From assembly GCA_038824035.1 (NCBI GenBank), contig JAWBBW010000002.1, forward strand, positions 64,001 to 128,000: a stretch of DNA of 64,000 nt, given 5' to 3'. Shown here piece after piece: positions 10,499 through 19,399 of the stretch. Below the pieces are notes generated by a model, which was not told the DNA's origin, made no database searches, and worked only from the letters and a program-made list of their open reading frames with translations. The DNA is from Desulfurococcaceae archaeon (GTDB lineage: Archaea; Thermoproteota; Thermoprotei_A; Sulfolobales; Desulfurococcaceae). The position numbers and the translations under genes were made by a program. The first letter of the stretch is position 1. Every line of letters starts with the position of its first letter.

Positions 10499-10949
10499 AA
10501 TTGTTCTCATATTGACAACCATTTCTGCTATGTTAATGGTCTTCTCATTGATAAATCTTTTCAAGGCCTCGAAATTACTGAAGTCTGTAAAGAGTTTATC
10601 AGAGCCCACTATATATGAGAAGAAGATCAGGTTAAGAAAAAGATACCTTGTATTCACAGCTATATGCGAAGACAAAATATCCAAGAACTCCCTAGAGAAA
10701 AGCGTTGAATCAAAGATGATCGAGTATTATGGAAAGTCCATGGTTAATAAAGCATCACCTTACCTGGTATTCTTTGACGAGACATCTCAACGCGGGATCT
10801 ATAGGATTGTCCATTTATATTTGAATTTCCTAATCGCTACATTAGGGCTTGTGAAAATTATTGATGGTAAAAAATGCGTGCTAATACCATTGAAAACAAC
10901 CGGTACATTGAAAAAAGCCCACGAAATATTGAGAAAAATAAGGTATTAA
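10485..10949 (+). CDS. rnp2: RNase P protein Pop5/Rpp14 with N-terminal hydrophobic helix
   Basis: RKRYLVF and TTGTLKKA Pop5 signatures; TTG start at 10485 after GGTGG RBS. Confidence 0.85.
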   Translation: MDLFKIVLILTTISAMLMVFSLINLFKASKLLKSVKSLSEPTIYEKKIRLRKRYLVFTAICEDKISKNSLEKSVESKMIEYYGKSMVNKASPYLVFFDETSQRGIYRIVHLYLNFLIATLGLVKIIDGKKCVLIPLKTTGTLKKAHEILRKIRY

Positions 10950-10988
10950 GCATTAAAGTAATAACCCCCTAAATAACTCTTATATTCA

Positions 10989-11042
10989 AGATGATGATGC
11001 CGCTCCAGGATGATTACATGATTTATTCGCGACGAGCTGAAT
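10989..11042 (+). ncRNA. C/D-box sRNA candidate
   Basis: C ATGATGA 10991-97, guide TGCCGCTCCAGG, D' ATGA, C' ATGATTT, guide ATTCGCGACGAG, D CTGA 11037-40; intergenic. Confidence 0.75.
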
Positions 11043-11052
11043 AATTTTAAGA

Positions 11053-11058
11053 TTTAAA
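11053..11058 (+). promoter_or_regulatory. TATA box candidate for tRNA-Leu
   Basis: TTTAAA about 33-38 nt upstream of the mature tRNA 5' end. Confidence 0.5.
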
Positions 11059-11090
11059 CCCTTGCAATATGATTAATTTCTACATGATAT

Positions 11091-11175
11091 GCGGGGGTGC
11101 CCGAGCCTGGTCAAAGGGGGCGGACTTAAGATCCGCTGGCGTAGGCCTGCGTGGGTTCAAATCCCACCCCCCGCA
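11091..11175 (+). tRNA. tRNA-Leu(TAA), intronless, CCA not encoded
   Basis: Cloverleaf: GCGGGGG acceptor stem, anticodon arm GCGGA-CTTAAGA-TCCGC, long variable arm, GGTTCAAATCC T-arm. Confidence 0.97.
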
Positions 11176-11337
11176 TTCAAATACGTGTTATTCATTCCAA
11201 TCGGTTAACACCTATATGGCTAACTTCATATAGATACGTCTCTCGTACGTACTTCATAAAATCGTGATCTAATAATTCAAAAAATAAAAAGTATAATAGA
11301 TATCCGCTTAGTTACTATTGAGTTAGAGGGGGCATGT

Positions 11338-12357
11338 ATGCATGAAATACGATGGAATCCACTGATAAGACAGTGGATCATAGTAGCTGAACACCGAGCC
11401 ACTAGGCCTTGGAGGCCGGAAGAAAAACAAGTCACTGTTCAATGCCCATTTTGTCCAGGTGCACCCGAGTTGAAAGATCTTGGCGAGTGGGATGTAGTTT
11501 CATTGCCTAATAAATATCCTGCCCTTAGACCGGATGCCGAGAAACCTGGTTCTTATGGTTTCAGCGAATACGTAGCCATCGAGGCAAAGGGTTATTCAAA
11601 GGTAATAGTTGAAACTCCCGATCACGAAGGAGATTTATACACATTAAGTCTTCCACATGTTTCCAAAATAATGGAGATCTTTAGACAAGAATACATAGAA
11701 CTTGGGAAAACAGGATTTGTCAAATACATTGCAATATTCAGAAATAAGGGTAAAGAAATAGGAGTATCGCTGACACACCCTCATTCACAGATATATGCGC
11801 TTCCATTTGTCCCGCCCAGAATAGTTGCTGAAACAGAGGCACTTAATGAATATAGATCAAGGACTGGTAAATGCTTATTATGTGATATCATAAAACATGA
11901 ATTGTCCGAGAAAGAAAGAGTCATATATGAAAACGCTGAATTCGTAGTAATATTACCATTCTATGCTATGTGGCCCTACGAGTTACACGTCTACCCTAAA
12001 AGACATATAAAATCGATATCACATATGGATATAGGAGAATTGATGAACCTGGCAGACGCATTAAGGGTTGTGACAGCTCTTTTTACGTCATTACTACGAC
12101 GTGATGCTCCATATATAATGGCGTTTCATAACCCACCACTAGAGGCAGAGAATAAAGACCTTGATTTTCATTTCCACGTGGAGTTTTATCAGCCATATAG
12201 GGATAGTGAAAAACTAAAATACGCTGCTGGAATAGAGTGGGGTTACTGGGTTTTCACATATGATGGCTCACCTGAAATTAAAGCTAAAGAACTGCGTTCC
12301 ATATGTATGGATACAGTGAAAAAAATCGGTGAGATTCTTGGCAAATGCAATGAATAA
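11338..12357 (+). CDS. galT: Galactose-1-phosphate uridylyltransferase
   Basis: EIRWNPL, CPFCPG, NKYPAL, catalytic SLTHPHSQ. Confidence 0.93.
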   Translation: MHEIRWNPLIRQWIIVAEHRATRPWRPEEKQVTVQCPFCPGAPELKDLGEWDVVSLPNKYPALRPDAEKPGSYGFSEYVAIEAKGYSKVIVETPDHEGDLYTLSLPHVSKIMEIFRQEYIELGKTGFVKYIAIFRNKGKEIGVSLTHPHSQIYALPFVPPRIVAETEALNEYRSRTGKCLLCDIIKHELSEKERVIYENAEFVVILPFYAMWPYELHVYPKRHIKSISHMDIGELMNLADALRVVTALFTSLLRRDAPYIMAFHNPPLEAENKDLDFHFHVEFYQPYRDSEKLKYAAGIEWGYWVFTYDGSPEIKAKELRSICMDTVKKIGEILGKCNE

Positions 12358-13627
12358 AACAAAGTTCTTAATAGAGAAGTTTATAGAACATTACGGAAAC
12401 AAACCAGAGGTTATATCATCTGCCCCTGGACGCTTGGATTTCCTAAATACCCATCAAGATTATAAAGGACTCCCCGTGGTATCCGTTGCTATAAATATGA
12501 GAACATATATTGCACTGTCTTATTCAAGCCTTGGCCAAGAATCAAAAGTGATTTCGCTCAACCTATGCGAAGAAGGAGTAAAATGTATTGATAGATTTAA
12601 CGCCAAAGATCCAGAACTTGTTCCGGGGAAATGGTTTGGGAATTATATAAGATCGGTGTTTAAAGCATTGAGAAATAAGAGCTTCGACGTTGAGAGCGTC
12701 AATGTATTGATATATAGCGAGATCCCGATAGCATCAGGTCTTGCTAGTAGTGCTGCATTAATGGTTTCATTGTTGACAGGTCTAAATAAGCTTTTTGGCT
12801 ATGGATTAAGCTTAAAGGATATTGCTGAATTGGCATATCACAGTGAACACGACATAATGGGTATACCTTGTGGAAGGCTTGATCAATATGGATCCGCAAT
12901 GGGGGGAATTACGTTAATAAACACGAAACCGCCATTTGACACGGAGACCTTTAGCAACTATGAATGGGTATTCGTAGCAATAGACTCCGGGATAAAACAC
13001 AGTACGGCCGAAGTTCATTCCAGGAGGATCTCTGAATTAACAAACGCTGTTAAAATGCTAATTGACATGCAGGACCTGCCTCTTAATGTAAAATCTAGGC
13101 TTAGCTATGATATATATAATGTCGAGTGGGAAGCCATAAACATTGACATGATCGAGCCTTTCTTGAATAAAATACCAGTGATTGAACGCAATAGGTTCTT
13201 GTTCACATTGAAAATGAACTATTCCACTAAACTTGCCTTAGAGTTATTGAGGAAAAGAGATGTATCATCAATGGGCAAGATAATAATAGATTTCGTTGAA
13301 AGAGAATGCCCCGAGTGTGTGAGATACGCGATAAGGACCGATAACCTGATCTTAGCCTTGATCTCAAGTATTGTAAATTATCAACACGTTCTTCTAAGGG
13401 ATCTATATGATGTGAGTTTACACGAGCTAGAGGTCATTAGGAAAACTGCCTTGGAAAACGGAGCACTTGGTGTTAAGATATCTGGTGCCGGTCTGGGGGG
13501 TGCTATGATGGCCTTAGTGGATAGTTATGATATAGCCAATAGAATTGTAATGAAACTATCTGATGTGGCAAGGAATAGTTGGATTGTGCGAGTTGATGAA
13601 GGGGCGCGAATAGAGTTTATAACTTAG
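12350..13627 (+). CDS. galK: GHMP kinase, galactokinase-like
   Basis: SAPGRLDFLNTHQDY, PIASGLASSAA, CGRLDQ, KISGAGLGG; overlaps the galT stop. Confidence 0.8.
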   Translation: MNKTKFLIEKFIEHYGNKPEVISSAPGRLDFLNTHQDYKGLPVVSVAINMRTYIALSYSSLGQESKVISLNLCEEGVKCIDRFNAKDPELVPGKWFGNYIRSVFKALRNKSFDVESVNVLIYSEIPIASGLASSAALMVSLLTGLNKLFGYGLSLKDIAELAYHSEHDIMGIPCGRLDQYGSAMGGITLINTKPPFDTETFSNYEWVFVAIDSGIKHSTAEVHSRRISELTNAVKMLIDMQDLPLNVKSRLSYDIYNVEWEAINIDMIEPFLNKIPVIERNRFLFTLKMNYSTKLALELLRKRDVSSMGKIIIDFVERECPECVRYAIRTDNLILALISSIVNYQHVLLRDLYDVSLHELEVIRKTALENGALGVKISGAGLGGAMMALVDSYDIANRIVMKLSDVARNSWIVRVDEGARIEFIT

Positions 13628-13652
13628 CTTGTTTTAATCTATAATGATTTGT

Positions 13653-13708
13653 TCGTGATGAAAACGGGGCCTGAGGTCTTTCATTGATGAAGGCATCCTA
13701 GTCTGAAG
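13653..13708 (+). ncRNA. C/D-box sRNA candidate
   Basis: C GTGATGA 13655-61, D' CTGA 13671-74, C' TTGATGA 13684-90, D CTGA 13703-06; near-consensus boxes, intergenic. Confidence 0.88.
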
Positions 13709-13776
13709 ATTAAAAATCATATTAAACTTATTATCCTGTTTGTTGATGTATAACATACTAAACCAAGTGTGGGAGA

Positions 13777-14511
13777 GTGGACATGGGCATTTCAATGGCA
13801 GCTGCATATGACAGGGCAATTACAATATTTTCGCCTGATGGAAGAGTTTATCAAGTTGAATATGCATTTGAAGCTGTGAGACGAGGATGGACAACCATTG
13901 GTATTCGAACAAATACAACGGCATTAGTAGCCGCTGAGAAAAGGAAAATATCACCACTTGCAGATGAAAAGGCGATCCAAAAGATCTTTAAAATAGATGA
14001 TCATATCGGTGCAAGTTACGCAGGCATGGCTGGAGATGGGAGAATACTCATAGATTATGCAACACAACAGGCATTGCTTCATCGGTTTTACTACGATGAG
14101 CCAATCCCCGTAGAATATTTAACCAAACTTGTATGCGATATTAAGCAAGCCTATACACAACATGCAGGAGTTCGACCCTTTGGCGTTGCAATGATATTTA
14201 CCGGTATAGATGAGAAAGGAACTCAGTTATTCATGACCGAGCCGAGTGGCAGATACTTAAGTTACTTTGCAACAGCCATTGGAGAAAAAAGTAGCACTGT
14301 GCTTGAATTTCTGGAGAAGAACTATAACTATAATTTAAATGTTAAGGAATCATTGAAGCTGGCAATACGGGCTCTGATAAATATTATTGAAAACAAGCCT
14401 TACGAGGACTATATCGAGATTGGTTATGTGGATATATATGATAGAACATTTAAGATATTAACACATGAGGAGATAAAGACGCTCGTCAACGAGGTATCCA
14501 GACCCGGGTGA
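13777..14511 (+). CDS. psmA: Proteasome alpha subunit
   Basis: YDRAITIFSPDGRVYQVEYA, GVRPFGV. Confidence 0.97.
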   Translation: MDMGISMAAAYDRAITIFSPDGRVYQVEYAFEAVRRGWTTIGIRTNTTALVAAEKRKISPLADEKAIQKIFKIDDHIGASYAGMAGDGRILIDYATQQALLHRFYYDEPIPVEYLTKLVCDIKQAYTQHAGVRPFGVAMIFTGIDEKGTQLFMTEPSGRYLSYFATAIGEKSSTVLEFLEKNYNYNLNVKESLKLAIRALINIIENKPYEDYIEIGYVDIYDRTFKILTHEEIKTLVNEVSRPG

Positions 14512-14565
14512 TTTGTTCGTTTAAGGTTTTTAGGTTTTTAATATAAATTATAGCCGGTTGATCGC

Positions 14566-15261
14566 ATGAAAGATAAATATGTGATTGCTAGGTATGAGGC
14601 AAAGGGGCATAGATTCGAAGTACTAGTAGACCCTGAGTTAGCAATGAAAATTAAGGAGGGAAAACAGATCAGTGTGGATGACGTATTGATAGGCGACTTT
14701 ATATATAAGGATGCCAAAAAAGGTTTGAAAGCCTCTCCCGAGGCGTTAAAAGAGGTTTTTGGAACCGATGATCCACGCATTATAGCCCTGGAAATAATCA
14801 AGCACGGAGAACTACAGTTAACGGCTGATCAAAGGAGAAAGCTCATCGAGGAGAAGAAAGCCCAGATAATAAACTTGATAGCTAAGAACGTTGTGGATCC
14901 AAAGACGAAGCTACCCATACCATTGAAAAGGCTTGAACTAGCAATAGAGCAGGCGAGAATCAGCGTGGATCCGTTTAAACCCCCTGAACAACAAATAGAG
15001 CAAATAATATCACACTTATCTAAAATAATACCGATAAAAGTGGCAAAAGCATATGTAGCTGTCAAAATACCAGCCGAGCATGCTGGCAAAGCAAGCAAGG
15101 CATTACATGGCATTGGCACAATAAAGAAGTCTGAGTGGAAACGCGATGGAAGCTTATACTTAGAGCTGGAAATACCAGCAGGGCTTCAACAGGAATTAAT
15201 AGATAAGGTGAATGCATTGACCAAAGGATCGGGAGATGTTAAAATACTACATGTGGGCTGA
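14566..15261 (+). CDS. Ribosome assembly factor SBDS
   Basis: RFEVLVDP, EVFGTDD, GELQLT; superoperon position. Confidence 0.95.
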   Translation: MKDKYVIARYEAKGHRFEVLVDPELAMKIKEGKQISVDDVLIGDFIYKDAKKGLKASPEALKEVFGTDDPRIIALEIIKHGELQLTADQRRKLIEEKKAQIINLIAKNVVDPKTKLPIPLKRLELAIEQARISVDPFKPPEQQIEQIISHLSKIIPIKVAKAYVAVKIPAEHAGKASKALHGIGTIKKSEWKRDGSLYLELEIPAGLQQELIDKVNALTKGSGDVKILHVG

Positions 15262-15987
15262 ATGGTTATGAAGATCCTGGTGGCAGATAGACAATTAGTG
15301 AGGCCTGGTGATTGTATAGCAATATTAGAAGAGCCCATTGAACCGGGCTTAATTAAGCATATACCAGATAAACATGTCTTCATCGTTGGGAACAAGGTAT
15401 ACAGCGATGTTCTCGGTATCGTATATATCGAGGAAAGTTCGATCACCATAGTACCGTTGGAAAGCGTATATATACCTCGCAAGGATGATATAGTGATAGG
15501 AGTTATTTCAAGTATTGGAATAACGGCTTGGAATGTTGACATAAGATCTCCATACGAAGCTATTCTCCCTGCTAGCGATGTAATAGAGGGCTTTAACCCC
15601 ATAACACATAACTTAAGGAATTATCTAGATATCGGTGACATGATTTTAGCCAGGGTGGTATTATTCGATCGGACCAGGGACCCTGTGCTCTCTATAAAAG
15701 GAAAAGGACTAGGCAAGATAATAGAAGGTACTGTGATTGAAATAAAACCAAGCAAAATAGCCCGTGTTATCGGGAAGAAAGGAAGCATGTTAAACGTGTT
15801 AACATCTATGACTAAATGTGATATAACAGTTGCATTAAATGGATACATATGGGCAAAATGCCCTAATGATCGATCGCTACGTGCCTTAATGAAGGCGCTA
15901 AGACTTATAGAAGCAAAAGCACATATGCGTGGCTTAACCGAAGAAGTTAAAAACTTATTGGCATCTGAACTACGAGGTGTTTCCTAA
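15262..15987 (+). CDS. rrp4: Exosome RNA-binding subunit Rrp4
   Basis: S1 plus KH domains (RVIGKKGSM), [11 protein letters not shown]. Confidence 0.95.
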   Translation: MVMKILVADRQLVRPGDCIAILEEPIEPGLIKHIPDKHVFIVGNKVYSDVLGIVYIEESSITIVPLESVYIPRKDDIVIGVISSIGITAWNVDIRSPYEAILPASDVIEGFNPITHNLRNYLDIGDMILARVVLFDRTRDPVLSIKGKGLGKIIEGTVIEIKPSKIARVIGKKGSMLNVLTSMTKCDITVALNGYIWAKCPNDRSLRALMKALRLIEAKAHMRGLTEEVKNLLASELRGVS

Positions 15988-16721
15988 TGAGCTCGAAACC
16001 CGTGTTGATAAGAGAAGAAGATGGGAGGAGAATAGATGGTAGAAGCCCAAACGAGTTAAGACCTATTAGAATCGCTGTTGGAGTATTAAAGAACGCCGAT
16101 GGGAGTGCATTAGTCGAATATGGCGGTACAAAAGTACTAGCAGCCGTGTATGGGCCCAGGGAGGCTATACCAAAACACATAAGCCTGCCAGATAGAGCAG
16201 TTCTGAGAGTCCGCTATCACATGGCACCTTTCTCTACTAATGAGAGGAAGAACCCAGCTCCTACTCGTAGAGAAATAGAGCTTTCCAAAGTTATACGGGA
16301 AGCGCTCGAAGCCGTGGTATTTACTAACCTATTTCCAAGAGCGAGCATTGACGTTTTCATAGAAGTTTTACAAGCAGATGGTGGAACCCGTACTGCTGGA
16401 TTAACAGCTGCGTCATTGGCCCTTGCTGATGCCGGCATACCAATGAAAGACCTGGTGATCGGCATAGCAATCGGTAAAGTTAATGGCACATTGGTGCTTG
16501 ATATAAATGAGCTTGAAGACGAGTATGGAGAAGCAGATCTCCCAATAGGTATAGCGCCTAATTTGGGCGAAATAGTTTTGCTCCAATTAAACGGTGTTTT
16601 AACAAAAGACGAGTTCAAAACCGCGCTCAATATGGCATTTAATGCCGCTGAGATCATATATAAACTAGCCAAAGACGCGCTCTATAAGAAATATATGAAG
16701 ATGTTCGAAGAGGTGAAATAG
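15987..16721 (+). CDS. rrp41: Exosome exonuclease Rrp41
   Basis: [24 protein letters not shown]. Confidence 0.97.
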   Translation: MSSKPVLIREEDGRRIDGRSPNELRPIRIAVGVLKNADGSALVEYGGTKVLAAVYGPREAIPKHISLPDRAVLRVRYHMAPFSTNERKNPAPTRREIELSKVIREALEAVVFTNLFPRASIDVFIEVLQADGGTRTAGLTAASLALADAGIPMKDLVIGIAIGKVNGTLVLDINELEDEYGEADLPIGIAPNLGEIVLLQLNGVLTKDEFKTALNMAFNAAEIIYKLAKDALYKKYMKMFEEVK

Positions 16722-16723
16722 TC

Positions 16724-17593
16724 ATGAGCATTACACGTGAAAAGGATCTATTGGTTCCCAGGATACAAGCTGAGAACATGATAAAGATGCTTAAAAAAGG
16801 TGAGCGATTGGATGGCAGAGGACTATTAGATTACCGAACTATCACAGTGGTTTTAAATCCAATTGAAAAATCTGAAGGAAGTGCCCTCGTAAGGCTTGGA
16901 AATACACAGGTTATCGCTGGGATCAAATTAGAACTAAGTAAACCGTTCGAAGATAGACCTGGAGAAGGCATATTACAGGTGCACGCCGAATTTGTGCCCC
17001 TAGCGTCACCGTCATTTGAACCAGGGCCCCCTGATGAAAACGCGATTGAAGTTGCAAGAGTAATAGATAGATCTCTTAGAGAATCAAAAGCTATAAAGCT
17101 GGACGAACTAGCCATAGAACCCGGTAAAACAGTGTGGGCTATTTACGACGACATATATCTCATAGATCATCATGGAAACATAATAGACGCCGGCATGTTA
17201 GCATCTATGCTTGCACTTCAAATCACTAGAATGCCGCAATTAATACAAACAAACGAGGGCTATAAAATAGATAAATCCGTTAAAGAACGCCCGATTCCCC
17301 TTTCAACATTAGTTACGACTGTGACACTCGGCATATTCAAAGATATAATAATAGTAGATCCAACCCTAGAAGAGGAAGTATTAGCAGATTCGCTTGTGAC
17401 CATAGCTGTTGATGAACACGAGAGAATTTGTGGAATACAGAAAAGAGGTCATGCAGGACTTTCCAGAGAAATATTAGAAAGATCCATAGAAATAGCAATT
17501 GATAAAGGCAAATGGCTCATTCAGCAATTAAGAAAAATATTAAATAACCCATCAGAATACATGAAACCACTGTCTGAAAGCTATCAATGGTGA
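16724..17593 (+). CDS. rrp42: Exosome subunit Rrp42
   Basis: RLDGRGLLDYR, FEPGPPDENAIE. Confidence 0.97.
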   Translation: MSITREKDLLVPRIQAENMIKMLKKGERLDGRGLLDYRTITVVLNPIEKSEGSALVRLGNTQVIAGIKLELSKPFEDRPGEGILQVHAEFVPLASPSFEPGPPDENAIEVARVIDRSLRESKAIKLDELAIEPGKTVWAIYDDIYLIDHHGNIIDAGMLASMLALQITRMPQLIQTNEGYKIDKSVKERPIPLSTLVTTVTLGIFKDIIIVDPTLEEEVLADSLVTIAVDEHERICGIQKRGHAGLSREILERSIEIAIDKGKWLIQQLRKILNNPSEYMKPLSESYQW

Positions 17594-17859
17594 TAACAAT
17601 GGGGAGGACAAAAGTAGTTGGAATAGCAGGTAGATATGGAGCTAGATATGGAGCTACACTTAGGAAAAAAGTAAGGGATATATTGGCTAAAAGGTATTCA
17701 CCACATATATGCCCATTCTGCGCCCACAAAGGACGCGTGATCAGAATTAGTACAGGGATATGGACATGTAAGAAATGTGGCATGAAATGGACAGGAGGAG
17801 CTTATTTACCGAGAACGGAGATCTCCAAAACTTTTCCTAACATAGTTATCAGGGAATAA
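17587..17859 (+). CDS. rpl37ae: 50S ribosomal protein L37Ae
   Basis: AGRYGARYG, CPFC, GIWTCKKC, GGAY. Confidence 0.97.
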   Translation: MVITMGRTKVVGIAGRYGARYGATLRKKVRDILAKRYSPHICPFCAHKGRVIRISTGIWTCKKCGMKWTGGAYLPRTEISKTFPNIVIRE

Positions 17860-17864
17860 AGCTA

Positions 17865-18422
17865 TTGATACTAATTACGACTTCGCATAGGCCATCTCCT
17901 CGGACAAGATCGTTTGCAAAAGACTTAGCCTCTGTCATACCTTTTTCCCATAAGGTGACAAGAGGGCATAAGACAATTCAGGAATTAGCCATAGAAGCGT
18001 ACAGTCACGGGTTTAACTATGTTCTAGTGATATGCGAAAAACGCGGCAATCCATCTAAGATAGATATATATAAAGTCAATATAAATGGGCAATTCATTAA
18101 TGGTATAAAAATCTATAGCTGGGTATTAAAGGGGGTAAGACTTTCACGTGAGATCCCAGGGGTCAGTAGGATTTATAACCCAAAGAGTGTATACGTAGAT
18201 TACTCTCAATGTATATCCAACGATTGTTTCCTGATAGCTGATACTATGATCAACATATTTCGTAAAATAATAACGGAAAACATGTATGACCTCAAAATAG
18301 TCTTAAATGATAGCAAATATATAACAATATCATGGCTAAGGCCAGATAATAGAGTCACTGGTCCCCGGATCAATGTTTTAAAGGTAATAGATTATGAGAG
18401 ACAAGGTCACGGTGATCGTTGA
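17865..18422 (+). CDS. Brix-domain ribosome biogenesis protein
   Basis: ITTSHRPSPRTRSF, RGNPSKI. Confidence 0.9.
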   Translation: MILITTSHRPSPRTRSFAKDLASVIPFSHKVTRGHKTIQELAIEAYSHGFNYVLVICEKRGNPSKIDIYKVNINGQFINGIKIYSWVLKGVRLSREIPGVSRIYNPKSVYVDYSQCISNDCFLIADTMINIFRKIITENMYDLKIVLNDSKYITISWLRPDNRVTGPRINVLKVIDYERQGHGDR

Positions 18423-18651
18423 GTACAAGATCGAAACAGGTTCATCGACAATAGCAAAGGCTATACAAGTCGCCCTTTTACCAGATATATCTCAAATACC
18501 CGGCGAATGTTCGTGTAAACTTGAAGTCCAACAAGACATCTTAACGATAATATTAAATTGTAGCAATATAAGTAAACTAAGGGCGTTGAATAACAGTTTT
18601 ATAGGAGTCGTTACAATGATGTTAGAGGTCTTAGAGGTGTTAGCACATTGA
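18394..18651 (+). CDS. KEOPS Pcc1 paralog
   Basis: ALLPD and LRALNNSF signatures; located between Brix and prefoldin beta. Confidence 0.75.
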   Translation: MRDKVTVIVEYKIETGSSTIAKAIQVALLPDISQIPGECSCKLEVQQDILTIILNCSNISKLRALNNSFIGVVTMMLEVLEVLAH

Positions 18652-19013
18652 GTGAGAAACCACTCCCACCGGAAGTTCAACAGATGATTATACAGTATCA
18701 AACCATGCGAGACCACTATGCCAGGATCGACGCAGAATTAAAGCTTATTGAAGCAGAATTGAGCGATGTTAACAATATCCTAGATATATTAAGGAATGTG
18801 GGTGATGATGCCGAATTATACAAAGTTGTGGGACATGTGTTGATCAAAAGGAGTAAGTCAGATATAGTCAAAGAACTGGAAGAAAGAAAAGAGATCTTGA
18901 TAGTTAAAAGAGATAAGTACAAAAAACAACTGGAATTTCTAAATAGACAGATAAATGAGTTGGAAAATAGGCTGAAAGAACTATTAACAAAATATGGCAT
19001 AACAATCGGCTGA
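18648..19013 (+). CDS. pfdB: Prefoldin beta subunit
   Basis: LPPEVQ, coiled coils flanking YKVVGHVLI. Confidence 0.93.
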   Translation: MSEKPLPPEVQQMIIQYQTMRDHYARIDAELKLIEAELSDVNNILDILRNVGDDAELYKVVGHVLIKRSKSDIVKELEERKEILIVKRDKYKKQLEFLNRQINELENRLKELLTKYGITIG

Positions 19014-19018
19014 GCAAT

Positions 19019-19315
19019 TTGACACCTAATATCAAAGAAATTTGTCAAAAACTAGATCTAGAAAAGCTGGAGAAATTGGCAATAAAGCTAGAAAATGAGA
19101 TACGTGAATATCTGCAACAAAAAATACCTGTGAAAACAGGTTTTGATATCGTTATTGGCTTAGTGAAGAGAAGTGAGGAGTTAACGTTAACCATAGATAT
19201 AAGAATAGAAGAGGGGGTTGCTAATATTTTTGATCACAACAAGATAATCAACGACGCGATAAATTACGCCAGGAAAAGATTTGAACATGGTTTGAAGGAA
19301 ATCGTTGCTGAGTGA
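19019..19315 (+). CDS. Conserved hypothetical protein (DUF3194-like)
   Basis: Size, helix-strand pattern and position after pfdB. Confidence 0.55.
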   Translation: MTPNIKEICQKLDLEKLEKLAIKLENEIREYLQQKIPVKTGFDIVIGLVKRSEELTLTIDIRIEEGVANIFDHNKIINDAINYARKRFEHGLKEIVAE

Positions 19316-19399
19316 TGCTTTAACCGTCTGAACTTAATTAAATCTATATAAAGGTAATATGAATATTCGTCAAAATAGCGGGATTACTGCTTTAAAGGA

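Noticed and set aside
11200-11260. Repeated ACTTCATA (ATGAAGT on the minus strand) resembling C/C' boxes downstream of tRNA-Leu
   Set aside because: No properly spaced CTGA D box, and only two short copies
11091-13708. galT/galK block as a tRNA-integrated mobile element
   Set aside because: No integrase, no duplicated tRNA 3' end, and no obvious compositional shift
19292-19331. CTGA-GTGATGC...CTGA at the end of the DUF3194-like gene
   Set aside because: Only about 40 nt long, with no D'-C' spacer and a poor C box
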